Shown piece after piece: positions 27,444 to 36,090 of a stretch of DNA of 64,000 nucleotides. How positions within the stretch are numbered: position 1 is the first letter of the stretch; every line of letters starts with the position of its first letter. Where the stretch lies: NCBI GenBank assembly GCA_016927565.1, contig JAFGMK010000018.1, forward strand, positions 13,119-77,118. Reading direction: 5' to 3'. Under the pieces are notes generated by a model, which ran no database searches, was not told the DNA's origin, and worked only from the letters and a program-made list of their open reading frames with translations. The position numbers were made by a program, and so were the translations under genes. This stretch comes from Minisyncoccota bacterium. Its GTDB lineage: Bacteria; Patescibacteriota; Microgenomatia; PFEM01; JAFGMK01.

Positions 27444-30400
27444 TCAAAACTTAACCATTTCTTTGGGTACCATTTCATTCATGAAGTATTTCCGGAAAAC
27501 ATCAACCGCGCCGATATAGGGATAGTAAAATCTGGCCTGAGTATCGTTGATGCTTTCCCAGCCTCTAAAATCCCGGCCGAGAGAGTCTTTAGTCGGCGGT
27601 TCCCCTCCGGGGGCATTTTCGCCGCAGCCGTCGCTGTGGCAAATTCTTTCGCTGTCTTCGCAATCCGGATCATTGAGGCATTCGTCGCAGTTGCAATTGG
27701 CTTCGCAGTTGGGGGCCGGGTTGCCGCCGCATGGAGTGCCGCAGCTGTCTGTTCCCGCGCAGTAGTCAATGCAGCGATTTTCTTCGCAGACACATTCAGT
27801 GCCGGCGCATTCCCGCCGCACAATGAAAAAACCTGCCGTTCCGCCGCAATTAAAAGAATCATAAACATCGCTGGCCATGCACATCGGGTTGTTGTCCCAA
27901 CTGAAATTTCCGAGAGGACAGAAGTTAAGCTCGTTTATATCCGGTTCGAGGCCGCATTCCCGATCCTCAAAAGCTTCGCAACAGCCCCAGTGGGTTTGGG
28001 GGTTTTCTTCTCTTTCGAGATTATTGTCGTATTCGTAACTGGCGGGGCCGTAGCCTGGCAGTTCATACCAGAGCAACCGGCCCCCGGCGACTTCTTTGAT
28101 TAAACCGATGATGTTCTCAGTATAGAATTGAGGTAACATCAGCCGGAAAAGGCCGGCGGGGCCAATCGTTCTTTTGGCAATTTCCCTCAGATAGGGGATT
28201 TTGGTGGTGATCCAGGCATGAGGCCATTCAGGAGTTTCCCAGGTGTTGCGGGAAAAGACGCTGGTGTGGCGTTCGGGGAAGACGCAGGAAGGTTCAGAAT
28301 CACAGCCCCAGTCGCCGGCACCAGCTTCTACTTCATCATACCATTCGTTGTAAAATTCAATGCCCCGATCAGTGTACCCCGGCGCATCTCCGGCGATAAC
28401 ATCATTGGCCAGGGCATTGCCGGGTCCGCCGCGTACTACGCTGTTGACATTGCAATTTAAAAATTGAGAAAAAGGATTGTCCAGGGCCAGGGTGGTCATT
28501 GAGCCGTCGTTTCCCCAATACTCTTCCGAGTCGCGGTTTTGATAAACGAAGGGAGTCAGGGGCATTGCCGCCCATTCCGAAAGCTCTTTAGATTCCGGAA
28601 TATGGGGAATATAGATCATCTGAACATAGTGGAGCTCATAAAGAGGCTCGCCGCTGATTTCAGAAGCGACTCTTTCCGGCGGATTGCCCAGCCAGAGCTC
28701 AAGCCAGTAGTAGCCGTCGTGGTTGTTAACGGCGTCGTAAAGATAATCAATCGGAAGGGAAGAGGGAACGGTAATTTCCCGGAGGCGAGAGGTGTAATTT
28801 TCGCCGGGAATGTCGATATTAGCCGGGTCGGGCCAGATGCTGGTTACTCCCAGATCGACAAAAGCGGGGGCGTCCTCTTTTGAAGCCAGAGGAAAATAGT
28901 GGAGCCAGGCGGTCTTTTGGTCACCGGTCAGCGGCAGGGAAATGCCGCTGGGCAAGTCGGACAAAGTGATATCTTTGTAGAGGTGATAATCGTGAACCGG
29001 ATCATTGGAAATCAGCCGGCTATAGTTATTCTTTAGAATCTGGTCCTGCCAGCCCGGTTCGCAGACCCGGTCCGAGCTGTTTCCCATTCGGCATCGGATA
29101 AACTGCCTCCTATAGGCATTATCCCGCAGGATGGGATCGGGAAACAGTTTTCTGATCGGTCCGCTTTCATTTTGAATCCGGCGGTATTCTTTTTCCTGGT
29201 CTTCGAAATCAGCGTTCCGGTTATCCTTAACTTCTTCACCGTCAAAATAAACCGTTCCCCGTAAGAAATCGCTTAGGAAAAAGGACATTCTTTCCGTATA
29301 ATCTGCAAATTGGCGGGAGGCAGTTTCGCTGTTCCCCAAAAATGGAATTTGGGTGGCGCGGACGCTGTCGATCCATTGAGTTTTGATCTCGCCGAGCAAT
29401 TCGAAGTAGTGAGTTAAACCGTTTGGCTCATCCGGAAGGGGGAACCAATCCAGATTATCAGTGATCTCAGGTGCCGGGTTGCAGTAAACGGTAATTTGAT
29501 TATCATTGTCAAGTTTAGTCAGGTCGTAGCAATTGGCCGCACCCCGGCGGGCATCGGCATCGCCCGGAAAAGGACGCCAGGGGGATCGGTCGTTATAGAG
29601 ATCGCCCAAGCTTTTTCTGCAAGGAATTCCTTCGCCATAGACCGGCGGTCGGGCCCATTCGGTATTGCGTTTCGGGGGTAATTCAATTGGTCCCATTGAG
29701 CCTCTCTCGCTTTCGCTAACCAGTTCACAACCATCGGTTAATTCTTCGTTGTTGAAGGTGTAGAAGCGAATGTCGCTCAAATTTGGAGCAGAGGCCGACC
29801 AGCCGAAGGTGGCGCCGGTACACATGTCTAAGGGAAGAGGGGTGACGGCAATAAAACCGTCTGCTTGGAAATATTTGCTTCCGTGTTGGATCAGATCAAC
29901 ATAGAAACTGTAATAATTGCTTGGGGGGAGAGAGGGATTGGGGCCGTATTCGGTAAGGATTCTTGGTTTATTAGTGTTGATGCCAAAACTATTCATCACT
30001 CCGATTTCCCAACGCCAAGAACGCCTCCCAAAAGGGTCCTCGGCACAATCAGGTCCGCAATTGGGGTTGTCATAAGCGACAAAGGCAAGAACTTGCAGGC
30101 TGTTTAAAACCGCTAAGCCGTCAGGAGCGTCAGCAGCATACTGCCAGAATCGATCAGCACTGCCGCAGTGGGTGCAGAGGGGAGCATTAGCGGCCCGGAA
30201 GTTGCCTTGACGGGTAGTGAATTCTTTTAAAAGCCTGATGTAGTCGGCGGTAACTTTTCGGAAACTAGCTTCATCTTTGTCAATATGGGTTCCTCCCCAT
30301 TCGTCATAAACATTAGGTTCATTGAGGACGCTGATAATTGGGATCCAACCGTCAGGAAAACTGACATTAGCCTCAGCAATACCGGCAGAAAGGCCTGTAG

Positions 30401-30758
30401 CGGCAGCAACAGCCTCTTCTTGAGTCATAATTGCCCAGTGTCCGCTTTGAGTGCGGGTGACGAGCCTGATGATAGGTAAAAAATGGAGGCTGTGAAGATC
30501 GTGGATTAAGCTGGCAACATGATCCGGGTCAGCCGCGCGATCGACACCGACCATAAGAGTGACCGGGACCCAATCGGCTCCCAAGTTGTTGGATCGTTCT
30601 CGGACAGTTTGAAAAAATCCCCGATCGCTATTATTAATCAGGTGAGTTCCAAGCATTTGCCGGGATTCGCCATAAACGTGATTGGGGAAAACCCCGCTGA
30701 GAATTAAGCCGGAAAGAACTAAAAAGCTCCTCACAAGCCAAGTTTTGATGAGTTTCAT
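27444..30758 (-). CDS. Secreted roughly 1100-aa protein with a GH clan-A (GH5-like) TIM-barrel glycoside hydrolase signature and a Cys-rich C-terminal region
   Basis: The likely start is ATG 30758 (MKLIKTWLVRSFLVLSGLILSGV, a signal peptide). IISVLNEPNV is an NEP acid/base motif, and RILTEYGPN is a TE(Y)G nucleophile motif. The C-terminal roughly 150 aa contain about 30 Cys in CxxC, CxC and CNC patterns. Confidence 0.45.
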   Translation of the reverse strand: MKLIKTWLVRSFLVLSGLILSGVFPNHVYGESRQMLGTHLINNSDRGFFQTVRERSNNLGADWVPVTLMVGVDRAADPDHVASLIHDLHSLHFLPIIRLVTRTQSGHWAIMTQEEAVAAATGLSAGIAEANVSFPDGWIPIISVLNEPNVYDEWGGTHIDKDEASFRKVTADYIRLLKEFTTRQGNFRAANAPLCTHCGSADRFWQYAADAPDGLAVLNSLQVLAFVAYDNPNCGPDCAEDPFGRRSWRWEIGVMNSFGINTNKPRILTEYGPNPSLPPSNYYSFYVDLIQHGSKYFQADGFIAVTPLPLDMCTGATFGWSASAPNLSDIRFYTFNNEELTDGCELVSESERGSMGPIELPPKRNTEWARPPVYGEGIPCRKSLGDLYNDRSPWRPFPGDADARRGAANCYDLTKLDNDNQITVYCNPAPEITDNLDWFPLPDEPNGLTHYFELLGEIKTQWIDSVRATQIPFLGNSETASRQFADYTERMSFFLSDFLRGTVYFDGEEVKDNRNADFEDQEKEYRRIQNESGPIRKLFPDPILRDNAYRRQFIRCRMGNSSDRVCEPGWQDQILKNNYSRLISNDPVHDYHLYKDITLSDLPSGISLPLTGDQKTAWLHYFPLASKEDAPAFVDLGVTSIWPDPANIDIPGENYTSRLREITVPSSLPIDYLYDAVNNHDGYYWLELWLGNPPERVASEISGEPLYELHYVQMIYIPHIPESKELSEWAAMPLTPFVYQNRDSEEYWGNDGSMTTLALDNPFSQFLNCNVNSVVRGGPGNALANDVIAGDAPGYTDRGIEFYNEWYDEVEAGAGDWGCDSEPSCVFPERHTSVFSRNTWETPEWPHAWITTKIPYLREIAKRTIGPAGLFRLMLPQFYTENIIGLIKEVAGGRLLWYELPGYGPASYEYDNNLEREENPQTHWGCCEAFEDRECGLEPDINELNFCPLGNFSWDNNPMCMASDVYDSFNCGGTAGFFIVRRECAGTECVCEENRCIDYCAGTDSCGTPCGGNPAPNCEANCNCDECLNDPDCEDSERICHSDGCGENAPGGEPPTKDSLGRDFRGWESINDTQARFYYPYIGAVDVFRKYFMNEMVPKEMVKF

Positions 30759-30954
30759 CTTGCCTCTAATTTTACAATTTTTCTGCCCGGGAAACAAGAC
30801 TTGATTGGCTGGCGCGGCAATTTGGAGAATGAACGATTGCAGGTCGATCCGGTGATTTAGGATTAAAGGATGAAAACGATTCGAGATTGGAAAAGCGCTT
30901 CCGAGATAAATCAATAAAAAAGGAAATGGGCAATTATTGGATCAGAGAGTCTAA

Positions 30955-31365
30955 TTAGTTAGTAGGTTCGGGAAGGGTAAAGATGGTGACATTGAGGCCG
31001 GTGATCAGCTTGATGGCCTGTAAAATGAGCCAAGCGGCCAGAATAACGGCTAAGCCAATCACTGCGTAAGTTAGGGTTCCGCTCGCTTTTTGAGCCTGTT
31101 TGGGGTCTTCGCCGGCAGTTAAATACTGAAAACCGCCGATTACAAACATTACTAAAACCCCCATTCCGGCCAGGGTGGTGACAACCATCACTACCCGTCG
31201 GAAAACAAACTCCAAGTCATAAATCTGAGCCGGTTGATCAGTTTGGGACCAGCCGGAGACCGGAGAGAGTTCCAAAAACAAGGTTAAAACAAAAAAAGAC
31301 CCCCAGAAGAATAATTGATTTAAAGTTTTTTTTAATTTCATTAGTTTTTTAAACCGACTCTCCAA
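30955..31365 (-). CDS. T4SS pilin-like protein (CPR T4SS_pilin/VirB2-like), paralogue 6
   Basis: A signal/TM segment is followed by FQYLTAGEDPKQAQKASG and a second TM helix (two hydrophobic helices with a divergent GEDP form of the GGDK motif). Confidence 0.6.
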   Translation of the reverse strand: MESRFKKLMKLKKTLNQLFFWGSFFVLTLFLELSPVSGWSQTDQPAQIYDLEFVFRRVVMVVTTLAGMGVLVMFVIGGFQYLTAGEDPKQAQKASGTLTYAVIGLAVILAAWLILQAIKLITGLNVTIFTLPEPTN

Positions 31366-31366
31366 G

Positions 31367-31407
31367 TTATCTCCCGTTCTTTCCGCTGGGGGGAGAACGG
31401 GAGATAA
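31367..31407 (-). terminator. Intergenic stem-loop with a 14-bp perfect stem between pilin paralogues 5 and 6; candidate attenuator or terminator
   Basis: gttatctcccgttct-(13 nt)-agaacgggagataat. A hairpin after the first pilin gene is common in pilin operons. The downstream U-tract is weak. Confidence 0.35.
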
Positions 31408-31422
31408 TCTTGGATTTGCCGC

Positions 31423-31839
31423 TTAGCTGGCAACACTCAGGTCGCTCAGGTTAAGCTGAAGCAGACTGACACCAAAGAACATCTGAATCAATTGGATAAT
31501 TGCCCAAGAACCAAAGACAATTAAAAGACCAACCAGGGCGGCAGTGATGGTGTTACGGGCGGCTTCGGTTTTGCCCTTGTCGCCACCAGAGGTGATCCAC
31601 TGGATACCGCCGTAGATCAAAAAGCCAAAAGCGATCATAGCGGCAATGACCAGTGCCAGAACAATCAAACTCCTGATCATTCGGGGAAGGCTGATGTTGC
31701 CTAAACTGGCGAATTGGTCACTTGGTGAAATGTTAAACGTCAAGTCATCGGCCAATACAGGGCTAGCGGCCGTAATCAACGGCAGAGCTGCCAAAGCCAG
31801 AACCCCGGCTGTTTTAATCAGTTTTTTCATATTTTTCAC
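31423..31839 (-). CDS. T4SS pilin-like protein, paralogue 5
   Basis: A signal peptide is followed by IQWITSGGDKGKTEAARNTITAALVGLLIVF. Confidence 0.65.
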   Translation of the reverse strand: MKNMKKLIKTAGVLALAALPLITAASPVLADDLTFNISPSDQFASLGNISLPRMIRSLIVLALVIAAMIAFGFLIYGGIQWITSGGDKGKTEAARNTITAALVGLLIVFGSWAIIQLIQMFFGVSLLQLNLSDLSVAS

Positions 31840-31941
31840 CCCCCTTCAAATTCTCAAAAAAAGACTTTATTATTTAATTTTTAAAAAAAAAGATTGCTAA
31901 GTCAACCCGGTCAGCCCGATTTCATCTAGAAAACCGGTTTT

Positions 31942-32301
31942 TTAGGAACTGACCGTCGGTAGTTTAATCTGAATTAGATTAATTCCAAATATTGCTCCGA
32001 TTGCTTTTATTATAGCAAAAAGGGAGAAGAGAATAAAGAGTCCGAGAAGCGCCTGGGCAATCTTGTCTTTGGCCTGCGCCAGCAGGGCTTTGTCACCGCC
32101 GGCGCTCATCCAGTGATAAGTACCCATTACCAGATAGAGGAAAGCGGATAAAAAGCCGATAATTAATAGGGTTGTAACGGTAATTGAAATAATTTTTCCT
32201 AAAATTTCAACCCCGTCACCGCTGCCCAGAACCGGCAGGGCTTCGTTGACAATTCCTTGAGCTAAAACAGCTGAACTAATCAAAAAGGTTAAGAGCCCCA
32301 T
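31942..32301 (-). CDS. T4SS pilin-like protein, paralogue 4
   Basis: YHWMSAGGDKALLAQAKDKIAQALLGLFILF flanked by two TM helices. Confidence 0.65.
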   Translation of the reverse strand: MGLLTFLISSAVLAQGIVNEALPVLGSGDGVEILGKIISITVTTLLIIGFLSAFLYLVMGTYHWMSAGGDKALLAQAKDKIAQALLGLFILFSLFAIIKAIGAIFGINLIQIKLPTVSS

Positions 32302-32657
32302 ATGTCTCCCAATAGGCTGCCGGGCTGAAGGATGGAAAAGCCCAAAACAAAGCCTAAGACTGAAATAATGGCGTAGGCGGCCACCAGGACAACCAGGCCG
32401 ATAACGGCTTGAACAATTTTATCTCGGGCTTTCTGGAGTTTATTTTTATCGCCGCCGGCTTCGATCCATTGGAAAGCGGCAGTGATAAAAATAAATAGGA
32501 AATAGATGCCTCCGCCAATTGTCATAATCCCGATTATTACTGAGATTACTTTTTCCAAAAGGGAAAGGGGTTCGGCCGGGTTAATGTTGGTATACATCGG
32601 GCCGACGCCGACAAAGTTGCCCAGACTGACCGAACTGGCATGCACTTTTCCGATCAT
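32289..32657 (-). CDS. T4SS pilin-like protein, paralogue 3
   Basis: FQWIEAGGDKNKLQKARDKIVQAVIGLVVLV flanked by two TM helices. Confidence 0.65.
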   Translation of the reverse strand: MIGKVHASSVSLGNFVGVGPMYTNINPAEPLSLLEKVISVIIGIMTIGGGIYFLFIFITAAFQWIEAGGDKNKLQKARDKIVQAVIGLVVLVAAYAIISVLGFVLGFSILQPGSLLGDIWGS

Positions 32658-32681
32658 ATTTTTTAAAGAAATTAATTTTGA

Positions 32682-33056
32682 TTAGTTAGGTGTATAAATT
32701 TTCGGATTGATAATCGCGGTCGGATCATTAAAGATAAGCCAGCCCAAGATAGCCGCCAGAGCCAGGGAACCGGCAACTACCGCTACTCCTAAAAGTGATT
32801 GCCAAATTTTGTTCCAGGCCTGGACAACTTTGTCCATATTGCCGTCGGCATTAAGAAAGCCGTAGCCGGCAGTGATAACATTGAAAAGAGCCCAGATACC
32901 GCTGAAGACAATGATGGTTCTTAAAAGGTTGTTAGCCAGGATAATAAGACCCTGGCCTTCAGTGCTGGGGTAAGAATCGGGGCTGATTGTTGCCCAGGGA
33001 TCGCTGATAGAACCGAAAACAGTCAGCATTCTAAAAAATAGGATTAAGAATATCAA
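32682..33056 (-). CDS. T4SS pilin-like protein, paralogue 2 (divergent motif)
   Basis: Two TM helices flank NADGNMDKVVQAWNKIWQSLLG. Confidence 0.5.
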   Translation of the reverse strand: MIFLILFFRMLTVFGSISDPWATISPDSYPSTEGQGLIILANNLLRTIIVFSGIWALFNVITAGYGFLNADGNMDKVVQAWNKIWQSLLGVAVVAGSLALAAILGWLIFNDPTAIINPKIYTPN

Positions 33057-33357
33057 TGCCGGTAATGGCGCCGATAATCTGAATTATCCAATAAGAACTA
33101 ATAATAATCAAAAAACCTACGATGGCAACGGTAACCATTCCTTTATTTTTGGCAAAACCTTCTTTTTCACCTTTGCCTGCGTTCATGATAATCCCAAACC
33201 CGCCAGCGATCAAGAGGAAGAAAAAGATAACCCCGGCGAGAATATAAATGTTGGGCAGCATTACTTGAATTAGGTGACCGAAGGAAGTAAAAACCGGCGG
33301 ATTAAGGTCCGGTTCAAAGATATCGACGCCGCCGCCGGCGAAAACAGGTTTAATCAT
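33031..33357 (-). CDS. T4SS pilin-like protein, paralogue 1 (divergent motif)
   Basis: Two TM helices flank NAGKGEKEGFAKNKGMVTVAIVGFLII. Confidence 0.5.
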   Translation of the reverse strand: MIKPVFAGGGVDIFEPDLNPPVFTSFGHLIQVMLPNIYILAGVIFFFLLIAGGFGIIMNAGKGEKEGFAKNKGMVTVAIVGFLIIISSYWIIQIIGAITGIDILNPIF

Positions 33358-33459
33358 GATTATAATTTTAACTGAAAGGAAGTTTGTTTTGCAAATTAGG
33401 AGGGGTTGTTGGCCGAAAATCTTGTTCTTTTTATTCTGGTCGATCAGACAGCTCCCTCC

Positions 33460-33494
33460 GGTCCCGGATCGAAATCCGCAGACGGTCCGGGATC
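33460..33494. repeat. Palindromic element GGTCCCGGATCG-N11-CGGTCCGGGATC, copy 2 of 3
   Basis: The arms differ from copy 1 at two symmetric positions, so that G-U pairs replace A-U. The loop AAATCCGCAGA resembles the copy 3 loop. Confidence 0.55.
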
Positions 33495-33512
33495 ATTATC
33501 TTTGTTAAAGGC

Positions 33513-34646
33513 ATGAGTAATTACGGAGTCGGATGTTTAGAAAGAGGATTTAAAAAAAATCGTGTTATACTAGCAGGCACTGTGGATGTAAAAAAATACT
33601 TGGCTTCTTATCGGGAAAGGGCTGGTCGGTTTATCGATTCCTTCTTTGAGGTTGAGGCAGAAAAAGCAGCTCTGGTTTCACCTTTTTGCGCCGAGTTAAT
33701 GAGAATCTATCAGAAGTTTGCCAAGGGGGGGAAGATGGCTCGAGGGGCGTTGGTGTGTTTAGGGTACCAATCGATTGGCGGAAAGGATCATTCAGCGATT
33801 TTAGCCCCCTCAATAGCCGTCCAGCTAATTCATTCTTTTTTATTAATCCACGATGACTGGATTGATGGAGATTTAAAGCGCTATGGCCAACCGACGGTTT
33901 ATAAACAGATTGAGAAGATTTATGGAGAACGCTTTAAAAAGGGTGATCGTCAGCGCTGGTCCGGAGGATCGGCTTTTGTTCTGGGAGACATTGGTTGCTT
34001 TTTGGCCCATAAGTTGATAGCAGATTCAGATTTTCCTGCTCGGGCAAAGGTGAGGGCGATTTCTTTCTTGTCGCAGAATCTGGTTCAGACTGGTCATGGG
34101 GAAATTTGGGACATTACCTATGATTTAGTGACTGGTTTTTCCTGGGATGAAATAGTCAAAATCCGGAAACTAAAAACTGCTTACTACACTTTGGTGATGC
34201 CGCTTCAGGTAGGGACTTGTTTGGCTGGCGGGAGTCAGGCGGAGCTTAAGGCGGCCGAAGAATACGGTTTTCCGGTGGGGATTGCTTTCCAGTTGCGGGA
34301 TGACTATCTGGGCCTGTTCGGGGATGAGGTGAAAACCGGCAAATCGGCCAGTTCGGATTTACGGGAAGGAAAAAAGACTTTAATAATTGCCAAGGCGCTT
34401 GAGATTTTAAAAGGGAAGGAAAAAAAGATTTTGAAGCAAGCTTTGGGAAATAGAGAATTGACTGGGGAACAAATTAACCAAGTAAGATTAATTATCAAAG
34501 CCTCAGGAGCGGTAGACGATTGCCAGAACCTGGCTCAAGAGCTAATTGAAAAGGGTAAAAAAGCGATTCCAAAACTAACGAGTGATAAGAGCCTGCAGGA
34601 AATTTATGCCAGTCTGGCGGACTATTTAGTCAATCGGGAGAAATAA
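33513..34646 (+). CDS. Polyprenyl diphosphate synthase (trans-isoprenyl diphosphate synthase family)
   Basis: The first Asp-rich motif LLIHDDWIDGD and the second FQLRDDYLG are present. The start was moved to ATG 33513 because the upstream in-frame extension overlaps the palindromic repeat. Confidence 0.8.
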   Translation: MSNYGVGCLERGFKKNRVILAGTVDVKKYLASYRERAGRFIDSFFEVEAEKAALVSPFCAELMRIYQKFAKGGKMARGALVCLGYQSIGGKDHSAILAPSIAVQLIHSFLLIHDDWIDGDLKRYGQPTVYKQIEKIYGERFKKGDRQRWSGGSAFVLGDIGCFLAHKLIADSDFPARAKVRAISFLSQNLVQTGHGEIWDITYDLVTGFSWDEIVKIRKLKTAYYTLVMPLQVGTCLAGGSQAELKAAEEYGFPVGIAFQLRDDYLGLFGDEVKTGKSASSDLREGKKTLIIAKALEILKGKEKKILKQALGNRELTGEQINQVRLIIKASGAVDDCQNLAQELIEKGKKAIPKLTSDKSLQEIYASLADYLVNREK

Positions 34647-34684
34647 AAAGATAACTCAGTTTCTTTAACAATCCAGGATTATCC

Positions 34685-34720
34685 GATCCCGGAAGGGAAA
34701 TCTGCAGACGATTCGGGATC
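34685..34720. repeat. Degenerate copy 3 of the GATCCCGG palindromic element
   Basis: GATCCCGGAAGG-GAAATCTGCAGA-CGATTCGGGATC, with the conserved flank TCCGATCCCGGA shared with copy 1. Confidence 0.4.
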
Positions 34721-34853
34721 GGGGAGAACTAATTACAAAGCAAACAGCCCAGGGGTGTTTGCAGAATTAATGCTAATCACTCCTGCAAGGTGGCACCCTG
34801 CCATCGGCGGGGATAACTTCTTGAAGTGTGTGATGGTTAGGAGGGATTGAAGA

Positions 34854-35426
34854 ATGCGGGAGAGCATAACCAACCGGGTGATTCAAAAAGCGATTTTCGG
34901 TGATAAGACGGCCCAGGGGGAAATTTTTAAAGGCTATAGGAAACGGGTTTTGAATTTTATTCTTCAGCGGGTTGAAAATTTGGAGGATGGGGAGGAAATT
35001 TTGCAGGAAACTTTTATTTCCGTTTTTGAGGCTTTGCCCTTTTATTCAGCTCGTTCAACATTGCTGACCTGGATTTGCGGCATTGCCCGGCATGAGGTGG
35101 CTGATTTTTACCGCAAAAAAAAGATAAAAACGGTTGTTTTTTCCTTTTTTCCCGGCTTGGAAGGGTTTGTCAGTCGAGCCTTATCGCCGGAGGGGATTCT
35201 GGAGCAGAAAGAAGCCAGGGAAAAAATTAAAAAAATTCTGGCGCTTTTGGCCGAAGGATATGAGCAGGTTCTGCGACTAAAGTATATTGAGGGCTTTTCG
35301 GTTGCTCAGATTGCTCAGGAACTGGATGAAACTCAAAAAGCAATCGAATCCCGGTTGACCCGGGCCCGGGAGGCCTTCGGGAGGCTTTATGTCGTTATCA
35401 ATTCAAAAAGCCAAGAAGGAGATTAG
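34854..35426 (+). CDS. ECF-type RNA polymerase sigma factor (sigma-70 regions 2 and 4)
   Basis: Region 2 ILQETFISVFEALPFY...TWICGIARHEVADFYRKK and region 4 GFSVAQIAQELDETQKAIESRLTRAR are present. Confidence 0.8.
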   Translation: MRESITNRVIQKAIFGDKTAQGEIFKGYRKRVLNFILQRVENLEDGEEILQETFISVFEALPFYSARSTLLTWICGIARHEVADFYRKKKIKTVVFSFFPGLEGFVSRALSPEGILEQKEAREKIKKILALLAEGYEQVLRLKYIEGFSVAQIAQELDETQKAIESRLTRAREAFGRLYVVINSKSQEGD

Positions 35427-35790
35427 TTTTTTAAAAAGATTGTTTTTATTAGTAGGCTTCCGGCAGGTCTATTTTTTTTTGAAAAATCTTCTGGGGATGA
35501 TAATTCATCCCAGGTTGACAACCGCTAAGATCTTAAAAAACCGTGATTACTCCCAAGCCTTTTTAGTTTTTGGCCTGCCTATTGGTCTTTGGTTGGTGCT
35601 TTTGGGTGTTAGCTTTGTTGGCTGGTATTTTCTGCGGCCAAGTAACTGGTTTTTTTATTTAGGCTTGGGCTTTTTTCTGACGTTTTCTCTTTTTCTGCTG
35701 GTATTAGTGCTGTACGACTTTTATTGGGTGGGGAAGTACTTTGAAGGAAAAAGGAGAAAAGAGGAAAAAAAAGGGGGGTGGAGGAGTTAA
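35389..35790 (+). CDS. Small polytopic membrane protein downstream of the ECF sigma; possible anti-sigma factor
   Basis: Three or four TM helices; it overlaps the end of the sigma gene. Confidence 0.3.
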   Translation: MSLSIQKAKKEISFLKRLFLLVGFRQVYFFLKNLLGMIIHPRLTTAKILKNRDYSQAFLVFGLPIGLWLVLLGVSFVGWYFLRPSNWFFYLGLGFFLTFSLFLLVLVLYDFYWVGKYFEGKRRKEEKKGGWRS

Positions 35791-36090
35791 TTGTGGGAGT
35801 TGCGCAGTTTTATCGGTTGAGAAACCAATTTCTTCGTTTGGAAGGCGAAGAATGTTTAAGTGAGGGTTGTCGGGATGGGGAAGGAAAGGGCGGTTGCAAG
35901 ATGTTTCCGCCTCATGATGTTTGTCGGAGGTGTGGAGGAACTGATCCTCAAAGGGTCTACAGATTAGATGGAGATAAACCAACGCTGCGGGAAGTCCGGT
36001 TTCCGGTTTTAGCGCGAGTTGGCGGACGAGAGAGGGGCGGATAAGGGCTTTGTTTTTTTTATAAAGCTGCTTGTATTTAAGGAGAAAAGA

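Noticed and set aside
27381-28103. 240-aa plus-strand ORF (and 27479-27868 minus, 27547-27765 plus) inside the large secreted hydrolase gene
   Set aside because: These are antisense or alternative-frame ORFs within a much longer coherent ORF. Their translations are low-complexity Ala/Gly-rich, as expected from reading GC-rich coding DNA out of frame.
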